Source: Escherichia coli | Lineage (GTDB): Bacteria > Pseudomonadota > Gammaproteobacteria > Enterobacterales > Enterobacteriaceae | Strand: one strand, 5' to 3' | Length of the DNA stretch: 24,000 nucleotides | NCBI RefSeq assembly: GCF_030389695.1 | Contig: NZ_CP128926.1 | The notes under the pieces: model-generated | The model's database searches: none | Seen by the model: the letters and a program-made list of their open reading frames with translations, nothing else | Told to the model about the DNA's origin: nothing | Made by a program: the position numbers and the translations under genes | In this document: positions 1-10,565 of the stretch, one piece after another | Numbering within the stretch: the stretch's first letter is position 1 | How the letters are laid out: the number at the start of each line of letters is the position of its first letter

Positions 1-1
1 T

Positions 2-406
2 ACTGCATGTCGCGTATTGAAAAAACAAATCGGGAATCATCACCGTTGGGTATTTGTGTACAAGGAAAGCTGTACCAAACCAGACGGAACGAAAGCGCCA
101 ACAGTAAGGAAGATGCGGTATGACGCAAACACAGCCTGGAAAGCGGCGCTGAGACGGGCTGGTATTGATGATTTCAGATTTCACGACTTGAGACACACCT
201 GGGCAAGTTGGCTGGTTCAAGCCGGAGTCCCGTTGTCAGTGTTACAGGAAATGGGAGGCTGGGAGTCTATCGAAATGGTTCGTCGATATGCTCACCTTGC
301 ACCTAATCACCTTACCGAACACGCACGGCAAATAGACTCGATTCTGAACCCATCGGTCCCAAATTTGTCCCAGTCAAAAAATAAGGAAGGTACTAATGAT
401 GTGTAA
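2..406 (+). CDS. int: Tyrosine recombinase / phage integrase, C-terminal part; the 5' end lies outside the window
   Basis: The reading frame is open from base 2, so the ORF-track start at 17 is TTG and internal. It carries the box II motif HDLRHTWAS (H-x-x-R) and the catalytic Tyr context MVRRYAHL. The stop is 14 bp from the 3' end of thrW, convergent with it, as for lambdoid/P22-like int genes next to att. Confidence 0.85.
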   Translation, partial: TACRVLKKQIGNHHRWVFVYKESCTKPDGTKAPTVRKMRYDANTAWKAALRRAGIDDFRFHDLRHTWASWLVQAGVPLSVLQEMGGWESIEMVRRYAHLAPNHLTEHARQIDSILNPSVPNLSQSKNKEGTNDV

Positions 407-420
407 CTTATTGATTTAAA

Positions 421-496
421 TGGTGCCGATAATAGGAGTCGAACCTACGACCTTCGCATTACGAATGCGCTGCTCTACCAACTGAGCTATATCGGC
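421..496 (-). tRNA. thrW: tRNA-Thr (anticodon CGU)
   Basis: The reverse complement reads GCCGATATAGCTCAGTTGGTAGAGCAGCGCATTCGTAATGCGAAGGTCGTAGGTTCGACTCCTATTATCGGCACCA. The acceptor stem is GCCGATA/TATCGGC, the anticodon loop is TTCGTAA, the T-loop is GGTTCGA, and CCA is encoded. Confidence 0.97.
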
Positions 497-610
497 CCTG
501 AAAGGACATGTTCACGAACGTGAATCACGGTGGACAAGGTTAAAACTAACCGGGCGATGCGTCAATGGCCTTGTGAATCAAATGGCTACTTTTGCATCAC
601 CCGGTTTTAT

Positions 611-1864
611 TTACGCACGAATGGTGTAATCACCAATGCCGATCCACTTGTAAGTGGTCAGTGCTTCCAGCCCCATTGGGCCACGCGCGTGGAGTTTTTG
701 TGTGCTTACCGCCACTTCCGCACCCAGACCAAACTGGCCGCCGTCGGTAAAACGCGTAGAGGCGTTAACGTAAACAGCGGACGAATCCACTTCGTTAACA
801 AAACGCTGGGCGTTGCGCATATCGCGGGTCAGGATCGCATCGGAGTGTTGTGTGCCGTGTTCACGAATATGGGCGATGGCATCGTCAAGATCGCTGACGA
901 TTTTGACGTTCAAATCTAATGACAGAAACTCATCGTCATACTCTTCGGCTTTAACAGCAACCACCTTCGCAGGGCCTGCCTGCAACTGCGCCAGTGCAGC
1001 TGCATCTGCGTGTAATGTCACGCCGCTTTCCGCCATTTGTTTGCTTAATGCGGGCAGGAAGCTATCGGCGATGTTTTTATTCACCAGCAACGTTTCAACC
1101 GTATTACATGTGCTCGGACGCTGAGTTTTCGCGTTGACGATCACTTTTAATGCTTCAGCGATCTCTACACTTTCATCAACGTAAATATGGCATACGCCTA
1201 TACCACCTGTGATCACCGGGATTGTCGACTGTTCACGGCACAGTTTATGCAAACCAGCGCCACCACGCGGGATCAGCATGTCGATGTATTTATCCATACG
1301 CAGCATTTCACTGACCAGCGCACGGTCAGGATTATCAATCGCCTGCACGGTACCCGCCGGTAAGCCGCAGGATTTCAGGGCGTCCTGAATCACCGCCACC
1401 GTTGCAGCGTTAGTGCGACACGTTTCTTTGCCACCGCGCAGGATCACCGCATTACCGGTTTTCAGGCACAGCGAAGCGACATCAACCGTCACGTTCGGGC
1501 GCGCTTCATAAATCACGCCAATAACCCCCAGCGGTACGCGACGACGCTCAAGACGCAGGCCGCTGTCCAGTACGCCGCCATCGATTACCTGCCCCACCGG
1601 ATCGGCGAGGTTGCACACCTGACGTACATCGTCGGCAATGCCTTTCAGCCGTGCGGGCGTCAGTGCCAGACGGTCAAGCATCGCTTCTCTAAGGCCATTG
1701 GCTCGCGCGTCAGCAACATCCTGGGCGTTAGCGTTGAGGATGATTTCGCTTTGTGCTTCCAGTTCATCGGCGATTTTTTCCAGCACGCGATTTTTTTCGC
1801 GGCTGGAGAGTTGCGCTAATTTATACGAGGCTTGCTTCGCGGCAATGCCCATTTGTTCCAGCAT
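611..1864 (-). CDS. proA: Gamma-glutamyl phosphate reductase
   Basis: 417-aa ORF recognised as E. coli ProA. It lies immediately downstream of proB (11-bp gap), the classical proBA operon arrangement. Confidence 0.97.
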   Translation of the reverse strand: MLEQMGIAAKQASYKLAQLSSREKNRVLEKIADELEAQSEIILNANAQDVADARANGLREAMLDRLALTPARLKGIADDVRQVCNLADPVGQVIDGGVLDSGLRLERRRVPLGVIGVIYEARPNVTVDVASLCLKTGNAVILRGGKETCRTNAATVAVIQDALKSCGLPAGTVQAIDNPDRALVSEMLRMDKYIDMLIPRGGAGLHKLCREQSTIPVITGGIGVCHIYVDESVEIAEALKVIVNAKTQRPSTCNTVETLLVNKNIADSFLPALSKQMAESGVTLHADAAALAQLQAGPAKVVAVKAEEYDDEFLSLDLNVKIVSDLDDAIAHIREHGTQHSDAILTRDMRNAQRFVNEVDSSAVYVNASTRFTDGGQFGLGAEVAVSTQKLHARGPMGLEALTTYKWIGIGDYTIRA

Positions 1865-1875
1865 CAGCCTGCTCC

Positions 1876-2979
1876 TTAACGGGTAATCATGTCATCACGG
1901 TGAACGGCAACCGGGCCGTATTCATATCCCAGTATTGCATCAATTTCTTGCGAGTGGTGTCCGGCAATACGGCGTAATGCATCGCTGTTGTAACGACTGA
2001 CGCCGTGGGCGATATCGCGGCCTTCGAGGTTGCAAATGCGGATGACTTCACCACGCGAGAAATTGCCAGTCACGCTTTTAATGCCTTTCGGCAACAGGGA
2101 GCTGCCGCGTTCCAGAATGGCGGCAGTTGCCCCTTCATCTACCGTGATTTCACCCGCCGGCGGCGCACCGAAAATCCAGCGTTTACGGTTTTCAAGCGGA
2201 GTCGCCTGGGCATGGAACAGCGTACCGACGGAAATGCCTTCCATCACATCACCAATAACGCCCGGCTTGCTGCCCGCGGCAATAATGGTGTCGATACCCG
2301 CACGGCAAGCCACGTCAGCGGCCTGCAATTTGGTACTCATGCCGCCAGTTCCGAGGCCTGAAACGCTGTCACCGGCAATCGCGCGCAGTGCGTCATCAAT
2401 GCCGTAAACATCTTTAATCAGTTCTGCCTGCGGATTGCTGCGCGGGTCAGCGGTATACAAACCTTTTTGATCGGTCAGCAGCAACAGTTTATCGGCACCC
2501 GCAAGAATCGCCGCCAGCGCAGAAAGGTTATCGTTATCGCCGACCTTAATCTCTGCCGTAGCGACAGCATCGTTCTCATTGATTACCGGAACGATATTGT
2601 TATCGAGCAACGCTCGCAGGGTGTCGCGGGCGTTCAGGAAGCGTTCACGGTCTTCCATATCAGCACGGGTCAGCAGCATTTGCCCGACGTGAATGCCATA
2701 AATCGAAAACAGCTGTTCCCACAGTTGAATCAGTCGACTCTGCCCTACCGCCGCCAGCAGTTGTTTCGAGGCGATGGTCGCTGGCAGTTCCGGGTAACCC
2801 AGGTGCTCACGTCCGGCGGCGATCGCGCCCGACGTCACAATAACAATCCGATGCCCGGCGGCATGTAACTGCGCGCACTGGCGAACAAGTTCAACGATAT
2901 GGGCACGGTTCAGACGGCGCGATCCGCCTGTTAGCACACTGGTGCCGAGTTTTACCACCAGCGTCTGGCTGTCACTCAT
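1876..2979 (-). CDS. proB: Glutamate 5-kinase
   Basis: The ORF-track frame (1876..3066) contains the recognised ProB sequence starting [16 protein letters not shown]. That ATG is at 2979 and gives 367 aa. The 29 upstream codons look like a spurious extension. Confidence 0.94.
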
Positions 2980-3167
2980 GATTCTCTGCCATTCAATTTT
3001 AGGAAAAATGATATCAAACGAACGTTTTAGCAGGACTGTCGTCGGTTGCCAACCATCTGCGAGCAAAGCATGGCGTTTTGTTGCGCGGGATCAGCAAGCC
3101 TAGCGGCAGTTGTTTACGCTTTTATTACAGATTTAATAAATTACCACATTTTAAGAATATTATTAAT

Positions 3168-3186
3168 CTGTAATATATCTTTAACA
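3168..3186 (+). promoter_or_regulatory. Putative PhoB-binding Pho box of the phoE promoter
   Basis: CTGTAATATATCTTTAACA resembles the Pho box consensus CTGTCATA(A/T)A(T/A)CTGTCA(C/T). It lies about 100 bp upstream of the phoE ATG in a very AT-rich region. An inverted CTGTAAT-like element (tttattacag) lies at about 3121-3130. Confidence 0.55.
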
Positions 3187-3266
3187 ATCTCAGGTTAAAA
3201 ACTTTCCTGTTTTCAACGGGACTCTCCCGCTGAATATTCGCGCGTTAATTAAAATCAGGAATGAAA

Positions 3267-4322
3267 ATGAAAAAGAGCACTCTGGCATTAGTGGTGATGG
3301 GCATTGTGGCATCTGCATCTGTACAGGCTGCAGAAATATATAATAAAGACGGTAATAAACTGGATGTCTATGGCAAAGTTAAAGCCATGCATTATATGAG
3401 TGATAACGCCAGTAAAGATGGCGACCAGAGTTATATCCGTTTTGGTTTTAAAGGCGAAACACAAATTAACGATCAACTGACTGGTTATGGTCGTTGGGAA
3501 GCAGAGTTTGCCGGTAATAAAGCAGAGAGTGATACTGCACAGCAAAAAACGCGTCTCGCTTTTGCCGGGTTGAAATATAAAGATTTGGGTTCTTTCGATT
3601 ATGGTCGTAACCTGGGGGCGTTGTATGACGTGGAAGCCTGGACCGATATGTTTCCGGAATTTGGTGGCGATTCCTCGGCGCAGACCGACAACTTTATGAC
3701 CAAACGCGCCAGCGGTCTGGCGACGTATCGGAACACCGACTTCTTCGGCGTTATCGATGGCCTGAACTTAACCCTGCAATATCAAGGGAAAAACGAAAAC
3801 CGCGACGTTAAAAAGCAAAACGGCGATGGCTTCGGCACGTCATTGACATATGACTTTGGCGGCAGCGATTTCGCCATTAGTGGGGCCTATACCAACTCAG
3901 ATCGCACCAACGAGCAGAACCTGCAAAGCCGTGGCACAGGCAAGCGTGCAGAAGCATGGGCAACAGGTCTGAAATACGATGCCAATAATATTTATCTGGC
4001 AACTTTCTATTCTGAAACACGCAAAATGACGCCAATAACTGGCGGCTTTGCCAATAAGACACAGAACTTTGAAGCGGTCGCTCAATACCAGTTTGACTTT
4101 GGTCTGCGTCCATCGCTGGGTTATGTCTTATCGAAAGGGAAAGATATTGAAGGTATCGGTGATGAAGATCTGGTCAATTATATCGACGTCGGTGCTACGT
4201 ATTATTTCAACAAAAATATGTCAGCGTTTGTTGATTATAAAATCAACCAACTGGATAGCGATAACAAATTGAATATTAATAATGATGATATTGTCGCGGT
4301 TGGCATGACCTATCAGTTTTAA
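3267..4322 (+). CDS. phoE: Phosphate-starvation-inducible anion-selective outer-membrane porin
   Basis: Recognised PhoE sequence with signal peptide [27 protein letters not shown] and the C-terminal porin signature ...VGMTYQF. I prefer the second ATG (351 aa) over the ORF-track start at 3261. Confidence 0.95.
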   Translation: MKKSTLALVVMGIVASASVQAAEIYNKDGNKLDVYGKVKAMHYMSDNASKDGDQSYIRFGFKGETQINDQLTGYGRWEAEFAGNKAESDTAQQKTRLAFAGLKYKDLGSFDYGRNLGALYDVEAWTDMFPEFGGDSSAQTDNFMTKRASGLATYRNTDFFGVIDGLNLTLQYQGKNENRDVKKQNGDGFGTSLTYDFGGSDFAISGAYTNSDRTNEQNLQSRGTGKRAEAWATGLKYDANNIYLATFYSETRKMTPITGGFANKTQNFEAVAQYQFDFGLRPSLGYVLSKGKDIEGIGDEDLVNYIDVGATYYFNKNMSAFVDYKINQLDSDNKLNINNDDIVAVGMTYQF

Positions 4323-4329
4323 TGGATAT

Positions 4330-4352
4330 TGCCGGATGTGATACATCCGGCA
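4330..4352. terminator. Hairpin between convergent phoE and crl (likely bidirectional terminator)
   Basis: TGCCGGATG-tgata-CATCCGGCA forms a perfect 9-bp stem directly after the phoE stop and before the crl stop. Confidence 0.6.
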
Positions 4353-4360
4353 CATTTCAC

Positions 4361-4819
<459 letters not shown>

Positions 4820-6064
4820 TTAACACAAACGTTTTTCGATCCAGTCTGTGATTTCCTGAAGACCTTTGTCAAAATTCCGATACACCGGGTTAAATGGGAT
4901 CTCTAATAATTTACCGTCAGCAGATGATGAGGTGATTAAGCGTGAGTCCTCTTCCGGGCTGAACGGATCGTTCTTCCAGTAGCCCGATAACATTGGCGTT
5001 GGGCAGCGACGTCCCAGCAATCCTTGCACTTTTAATGAATAGCGATTCAGCTCCACGCGCAACGCTTCGTCGGAAGCATCATGCATCCCCAAACGACTCG
5101 CCAGAACGTCAAGATACATTTCCGGCACCTGTTGCTGGCACTTAAAATCACTCAACAGGGTATGAACTACCGGACCAAGACAGGCAACCGCTTTCAGACG
5201 CGGCGATTCAAGGTATGCCAGACGCACGGCAACGTTAGCGCCGAAACGGAAACCAAAGGCCGCGACGCGAGTGTGATCCACCCACGGTACGTTAGGCAGC
5301 GCCTTTAAGACGTGCTGATGCAACAGGCTGGAGTCCTGGGTCAGCTTCCATTTTGAAGAAAAGCCCACCGACGGCATATCAATAGTCAGCATCGCAATGC
5401 CGCGCGGCGCAAAATAACGTTCGTACAGGCTGTAATAGTCCGTCTGCATCGCATCCAGACCACCACACATTAATACTGTCGGGAACGGGCCATCGCCTTT
5501 CGGCATATGCAAAAAGCCGGTGATGGGCGCACCGCCGGGTACGGTAAACTCCATCTGCCGCATCGTGCCCGGCAGACGCTGAGCGGCCTCTTCATAGGCG
5601 CGGTTTGACAAAGCCTGCGCTTGCTCGGCCAGGTCATCTCCTTTCAGATGAGGATAGGCAGCAATGTTATACAACGTAGCCGCATGCAGCCAGTGACGAC
5701 CACTGAGTTGCGGATCTTCTTCCGCACAGGCTTTTTGTTGCCACACCATCGCCTGGGTGGCCCACTCATAAATCCAGTTGCCACCACGGTAGCCAATCAC
5801 AGTATCGTATAAATCATCGTCGGTACGTTCAGCATCGCTCATCACAATACGTGCCTGGACGTCGAGGATTTCACGTGGGTCAATACCGCGCCAGATCCAC
5901 ATCAGACGGTTAATCATGCGATACCAGTGAGGGATGGTTTTACCATCAAGAGCCGACTGCACAGGCGGTTGTGCGCCGTGATTAAAGCGGCGGACTAGCG
6001 TCGAGGTTTCAGGATGTTTAAAGCGGGGTTTGAACAGGGTTTCGCTCAGGTTTGCCTGTGTCAT
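4820..6064 (-). CDS. frsA: Fermentation/respiration switch protein, alpha/beta-hydrolase esterase
   Basis: 414-aa ORF recognised as FrsA (YafA). It lies between gpt and crl, as in E. coli. Confidence 0.92.
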
Positions 6065-6155
6065 GGATGCAGCCTCCAGAATACTTACTGGAAACTATTG
6101 TAACCCGCCTGAAGTTAAAAAGAACAACGCCCGGCAGTGCCAGGCGTTGAAAAGA

Positions 6156-6614
6156 TTAGCGACCGGAGATTGGCGGGACGAATACGACGCCCATATCCCA
6201 CGGCTGTTCAATCCAAGTATCTTGCGGGATATCAACAACATAGTCATCAACCAGCGGACGACCAGCCGGTTTTGCGAAGATGGTGACAAAGTGCGCTTTT
6301 GGATACATTTCACGAATCGCAACCGCAGTACCACCGGTATCCACCAGGTCATCAATAACGATGAAGCCTTCGCCATCGCCTTCTGCGCGTTTCAGCACTT
6401 TAAGCTCGCGCTGGTTGTCGTGATCGTAGCTGGAAATACAAACGGTATCGACATGACGAATACCCAGTTCACGCGCCAGTAACGCACCCGGTACCAGACC
6501 GCCACGGCTTACGGCAATAATGCCTTTCCATTGTTCAGAAGGCATCAGTCGGCTTGCGAGTTTACGTGCATGGATCTGCAACATGTCCCAGGTGACGATG
6601 TATTTTTCGCTCAT
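6156..6614 (-). CDS. gpt: Xanthine-guanine phosphoribosyltransferase
   Basis: 152-aa [26 protein letters not shown]... with the PRPP-binding motif [13 protein letters not shown]. Confidence 0.97.
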
Positions 6615-6874
6615 GTGAAGTGTCCCAGCCTGTTTATCTACGGCTTAAAAAGTGTTCGAGGGGAAAATAGGTTGCGCGAGATTATAGAGATCTGGCGCAC
6701 TAAAAACCAGTATTTCACATGAGTCCGCGTCTTTTTACGCACTGCCTCTCCCTGACGCGGGATAAAGTGGTATTCTCAAACATATCTCGCAAGCCTGTCT
6801 TGTGTTGACAACATTTTCTGCTAACCCTGTGACCTGCAATACTGTTTTGCGGGTGATCGACAAGGAGACTTAAC

Positions 6875-8332
6875 GTGTCTGAACTGTCTCAATTATCTCC
6901 ACAGCCGCTGTGGGATATTTTTGCCAAAATCTGTTCTATTCCTCACCCGTCCTATCATGAAGAGCAACTCGCTGAATACATTGTTGGTTGGGCAAAAGAG
7001 AAAGGTTTCCATGTCGAACGCGATCAGGTAGGTAATATCCTGATTCGTAAACCTGCCACCGCAGGTATGGAAAATCGTAAACCGGTCGTCTTGCAGGCCC
7101 ACCTCGATATGGTGCCGCAGAAAAATAACGACACCGTGCATGACTTCACGAAAGATCCTATCCAGCCTTATATTGATGGCGAATGGGTTAAAGCGCGCGG
7201 CACCACGCTGGGTGCAGATAACGGCATTGGTATGGCGTCTGCGCTGGCGGTTCTGGCTGACGAAAACGTGGTTCACGGCCCGCTGGAAGTGCTGCTGACC
7301 ATGACCGAAGAAGCCGGTATGGACGGTGCGTTCGGCTTACAGAGCAACTGGTTGCAGGCTGATATTCTGATTAACACCGACTCCGAAGAAGAAGGTGAAA
7401 TCTACATGGGTTGCGCGGGGGGTATCGACTTCACCTCCAACCTGCATTTGGATCGTGAAGCGGTTCCAGCTGGCTTTGAAACCTTCAAGTTAACCTTAAA
7501 AGGTCTAAAAGGCGGTCACTCCGGCGGTGAAATCCACGTTGGCCTGGGTAATGCCAACAAACTGCTGGTGCGCTTCCTGGCGGGTCATGCGGAAGAGCTG
7601 GACCTGCGCCTTATCGATTTCAACGGTGGCACACTGCGTAACGCCATCCCGCGTGAAGCCTTTGCGACCATTGCTGTCGCAGCTGATAAAGTCGACGCCC
7701 TGAAATCTCTGGTGAATACCTATCAGGACATCCTGAAAAACGAGCTGGCAGAGAAAGAGAAGAATCTGGCCTTGTTGCTGGACTCTGTAGCGAACGATAA
7801 AGCTGCTCTGATTGCGAAATCTCGCGATACCTTTATTCGTCTGCTGAACGCCACCCCGAACGGTGTGATCCGCAATTCCGACGTGGCAAAAGGTGTGGTC
7901 GAAACCTCCCTGAACGTCGGTGTGGTGACCATGACTGACAATAACGTAGAAATTCACTGCCTGATCCGTTCACTGATCGACAGCGGTAAAGACTACGTGG
8001 TGAGCATGCTGGATTCGCTGGGTAAACTGGCTGGCGCGAAAACCGAAGCGAAAGGCGCATATCCTGGCTGGCAGCCGGACGCTAATTCTCCGGTGATGCA
8101 TCTGGTACGTGAAACCTATCAGCGCCTGTTCAACAAGACGCCGAACATCCAGATTATCCACGCGGGCCTGGAATGTGGTCTGTTTAAAAAACCGTATCCG
8201 GAAATGGACATGGTTTCTATCGGGCCAACTATCACCGGTCCACACTCTCCGGATGAGCAAGTTCACATCAAAAGCGTAGGTCATTACTGGACACTGCTGA
8301 CTGAACTGCTGAAAGAAATTCCGGCGAAGTAA
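6875..8332 (+). CDS. pepD: Cytosol non-specific dipeptidase (aminoacyl-histidine dipeptidase), M20 family
   Basis: 485-aa ORF with a GTG start preceded by AAGGAGA. Recognised PepD sequence (MSELSQLSPQPLWDIFAKICSIPHPS...). Confidence 0.96.
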   Translation: MSELSQLSPQPLWDIFAKICSIPHPSYHEEQLAEYIVGWAKEKGFHVERDQVGNILIRKPATAGMENRKPVVLQAHLDMVPQKNNDTVHDFTKDPIQPYIDGEWVKARGTTLGADNGIGMASALAVLADENVVHGPLEVLLTMTEEAGMDGAFGLQSNWLQADILINTDSEEEGEIYMGCAGGIDFTSNLHLDREAVPAGFETFKLTLKGLKGGHSGGEIHVGLGNANKLLVRFLAGHAEELDLRLIDFNGGTLRNAIPREAFATIAVAADKVDALKSLVNTYQDILKNELAEKEKNLALLLDSVANDKAALIAKSRDTFIRLLNATPNGVIRNSDVAKGVVETSLNVGVVTMTDNNVEIHCLIRSLIDSGKDYVVSMLDSLGKLAGAKTEAKGAYPGWQPDANSPVMHLVRETYQRLFNKTPNIQIIHAGLECGLFKKPYPEMDMVSIGPTITGPHSPDEQVHIKSVGHYWTLLTELLKEIPAK

Positions 8333-8344
8333 TTATTTGATTTG

Positions 8345-8379
8345 CTGCCGGATGGCGTTTAATCGCCTTCCGGCAGTTT
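8345..8379. terminator. Hairpin plus T-run after pepD, between convergent pepD and prfH
   Basis: CTGCCGGA...TCCGGCAG forms an 8-bp outer stem with an inner GGCG/CGCC pairing, followed by TTT. Confidence 0.6.
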
Positions 8380-8388
8380 CATCCTTCA

Positions 8389-8946
8389 TTATCCTTCGAT
8401 AAAAGCCATCCCTGTAAATGTCCGTCGCGGGTTGCCACGTTCAATCTGGTGATGGAACATTCGCCGCTGCGATTTCAGCGCCGCGCTATTTTCCTGTTGC
8501 TGCTGCTCCAGCTTCCAGGCAATCAGCAATCGCGCCAGCCGTTTGTTAGCATGCTGGCTGCGCTCTGACTGAACCTTCACGCTAATACCGGATGCCAGAT
8601 GCGTGGCGCGTACCGCCGAGTCGGTTTTATTGACATGTTGACCGCCCGGCCCCGACGAACGCAGCGTCTCATAACGGATTGCATCCGATTGTTCCTTCTC
8701 ATCAGCGGTAAAACGCCCAATGCCCAGAAACCAGTTTTTGCGCCCATGATGAGGCCGATACGGACTCGGACAAATCCACTGAATAGTGCCACACCAGCTT
8801 TCGCTTAATGCCCATGCGTTATCGCCATCCAGAGAAACCAGCGCCGAACGCAGCGTGTCAGAGTAGCGGCCCGTTTCTGTTTCCAGCACCGTTACAGCGA
8901 CGTCTTGTCGGGTAAAAACGACCAACAGAGAAGAACGCTGCGCCAA
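8389..8946 (-). pseudogene. prfH: Peptide-chain release factor homologue PrfH, 5'-truncated by deletion. The prfH-homologous part is about 8389-8912, and the ORF-track N-terminus is junction read-through.
   Basis: It contains the RF GGQ motif ([16 protein letters not shown]). The recognisable PrfH sequence starts only at ...[15 protein letters not shown]. The upstream codons [11 protein letters not shown] are the rtcB-like fragment read in another frame. Confidence 0.75.
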
Positions 8947-9124
8947 TCGGGTAGCCGCGTCCGGGGTGTAAATCTGGCATCCCCACTACGCGCTGCATGT
9001 TGGGTAAATTTGCCGTGGTGTGTAATTGTTGGATCGCTAAACTCTCGATCCACAGGTCATCAGATGCGATGGTAAATACCGCATCGGATAAGGGACGAAT
9101 ATATTTGCCCATGTACCATTCCAT
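8858..9124 (-). pseudogene. ykfJ: N-terminal fragment of an RtcB-family RNA ligase (RtcB2 partner of PrfH), truncated after about 70 codons
   Basis: [18 protein letters not shown] matches the conserved RtcB N-terminal metal-site region (MPDxHxGxG). After ...GRFYP the frame runs into out-of-frame prfH sequence and stops. Confidence 0.75.
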
Positions 9125-9232
9125 TTATACTCGTCATACTTCAAGTTGCATGTACTGCGACTCGAATTATTTAGAGTATATAAATATAAAAATCAGGAAA
9201 TGGCAGACGAATCCAGGGCAAGAAAAAAAGAA

Positions 9233-9280
9233 TTAATCCTGGAAAGGTCTGCAAAGAGTCATTGATAAAGGATTTGTCAT
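9233..9280 (-). CDS. Candidate 15-codon micro-ORF (MTNPLSMTLCRPFQD) upstream of the rtcB/prfH remnant. It is hypothetical.
   Basis: A consensus Shine-Dalgarno AAGGAGGT (complement of 9286-9293) lies 5 nt before the ATG (9280-9278), and the ORF ends in TAA. There is no homology evidence. Confidence 0.2.
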   Translation of the reverse strand: MTNPLSMTLCRPFQD

Positions 9281-9357
9281 GATTTACCTCCTTGCAGTTT
9301 GTGGAATAAGAAAACGCGCACATACCAGGCGGGCGTTATTTTCATTGCAAGCTGGAT

Positions 9358-9810
9358 TTAATATTGCGGTTTATATCGCATATAAAAATTAGTAAACCAC
9401 GTTCCCCGGCATTCAACGCGCTGCTGCTTAACTGTCTGAAAACCATAACGTTCAAAAAAGGGTTTTGCGGTTATGCTGGCGTCCACCGTAAGTTCGGATT
9501 CAGACTTAATCAAAGGTTTTAACAAAGCGCAGGCAACCCCGCGGCGGGTGTATTCAGGGTCAACAAATAACATATCGATATAACGTTCAACGCAGGTAAT
9601 AAAACCAACCGGTTGTGCATTAATGACGGCAACCCGCACTTGTGATTTCGCGAGTTTCTCCTTCCAGCGAGATTCGTCAATCTGCGCCCAGGCGGCAATT
9701 TGTTGTGGTGAATAATGCTGACTGGAGATCATCGTAACCGCTCTAATGAAAATAGCGCATAGTTGCTGAAAATCGCCAGGCTGATAGTCTCTTATTTGTA
9801 TGTTATTCAT
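9358..9810 (-). CDS. yafP: GNAT-family N-acetyltransferase, last gene of the dinB operon
   Basis: 150-aa ORF recognised as YafP. It starts 10 bp after the yafO stop. Confidence 0.9.
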   Translation of the reverse strand: MNNIQIRDYQPGDFQQLCAIFIRAVTMISSQHYSPQQIAAWAQIDESRWKEKLAKSQVRVAVINAQPVGFITCVERYIDMLFVDPEYTRRGVACALLKPLIKSESELTVDASITAKPFFERYGFQTVKQQRVECRGTWFTNFYMRYKPQY

Positions 9811-9819
9811 AATATAAAT

Positions 9820-10218
9820 TCAAAAACGCATGCGAAACGCTTCTGCCATTTTCCCAATTTTATGCATTTGGTTGTTATCTCGAGCCTGTTTATGAGGTTC
9901 AGGTTTCAGAATGGCAATGAGCAACCATGCTTGCTCATCAAACGCACCCTGACAATATACCAAATGCGCTTCGTCATTCGTTCTGCTGAATTGGCGCAAC
10001 TGTGGCGGAAATGGATTATTCACATTTGCCAGATGAATATGAGCAACTCGCTCAAATTTGATTAATGGCCAGGTAAACGAGTCGTCGTAGAGTGCATCGC
10101 GACCAAATATATCTGGCAAAACACCGTCACGCTTATAGGAAATAAAATCCGCCGTTAACGCATCAAGTTCCTCTGCTGTAAGTTGCAGGCGAATAAGTTT
10201 TGTTTTGAATACCCGCAT
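9820..10218 (-). CDS. yafO: Ribosome-dependent mRNA interferase toxin YafO
   Basis: 132-aa ORF MRVFKTKLIRLQLTAEELDALTADFISYKRDG... Its ATG lies 2 nt after the yafN stop, a typical toxin-antitoxin coupling. Confidence 0.92.
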   Translation of the reverse strand: MRVFKTKLIRLQLTAEELDALTADFISYKRDGVLPDIFGRDALYDDSFTWPLIKFERVAHIHLANVNNPFPPQLRQFSRTNDEAHLVYCQGAFDEQAWLLIAILKPEPHKQARDNNQMHKIGKMAEAFRMRF

Positions 10219-10220
10219 CC

Positions 10221-10514
10221 TTATTCCTTAAAGTCATTGAAATCATCATCCGTCATATCATTAAGATATTTTTCAGCTCGGCGTGTAATTTCCTCTAATC
10301 TTGCAGCACTTGGACGGAAGCGCGCCTTTATGGGCTTTTTCTCCTCTTGTTCAGCAAGCATGTCCATTAACGCTTCGAATGCGCTGGCACTTAAGAGATA
10401 TCCTGCGGGGCGATTATTAGAAAGAACCGCAACCGGTTGATCAATAAAGTATTTAGCTGGGTTTTTACGTAACTCAGTAATATTGACCGATTTTTCAGCG
10501 AGAATTCGATGCAT
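10221..10514 (-). CDS. yafN: Antitoxin YafN (Phd/YefM-like)
   Basis: 97-aa ORF MHRILAEKSVNITELRKNPAKYF... located directly upstream of yafO. Confidence 0.92.
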   Translation of the reverse strand: MHRILAEKSVNITELRKNPAKYFIDQPVAVLSNNRPAGYLLSASAFEALMDMLAEQEEKKPIKARFRPSAARLEEITRRAEKYLNDMTDDDFNDFKE

Positions 10515-10565
10515 GCAGTGATCCCCTCATAATAATGCACACTAGAATAGACATAATAGTATACA

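Noticed and set aside
551-606. Imperfect inverted repeat AACCGGGCGATGC...GCATCACCCGGTT between proA and thrW
   Set aside because: It is plausibly the proBA terminator region or part of the thrW promoter context. However, the loop is about 30 nt and the T-run is weak. I could not assign a confident function or find a convincing -35/-10 for thrW.
2980-3066. N-terminal extensions of ORF-track frames for proB to 3066, yafL to 16645, yafJ to 18976, gmhA to 19778, fadE from 19907, yafV from 23090 and phoE from 3261
   Set aside because: The recognised protein N-termini start at internal ATG/GTG codons with better RBS context. The extensions run through promoter/operator sequence. For yafJ, the extension would bury the required N-terminal Cys nucleophile.
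6800-6845. TTGACA hexamer at about 6806 upstream of pepD as a possible -35 element
   Set aside because: No acceptable -10 hexamer lies at 16-18 bp spacing, so the promoter call is not supportable from sequence alone.
8997-9236. 79-aa plus-strand ORF in the ykfJ-yafP spacer
   Set aside because: It overlaps ykfJ antisense and continues into AT-rich non-coding DNA. It has no SD and no recognisable domain.
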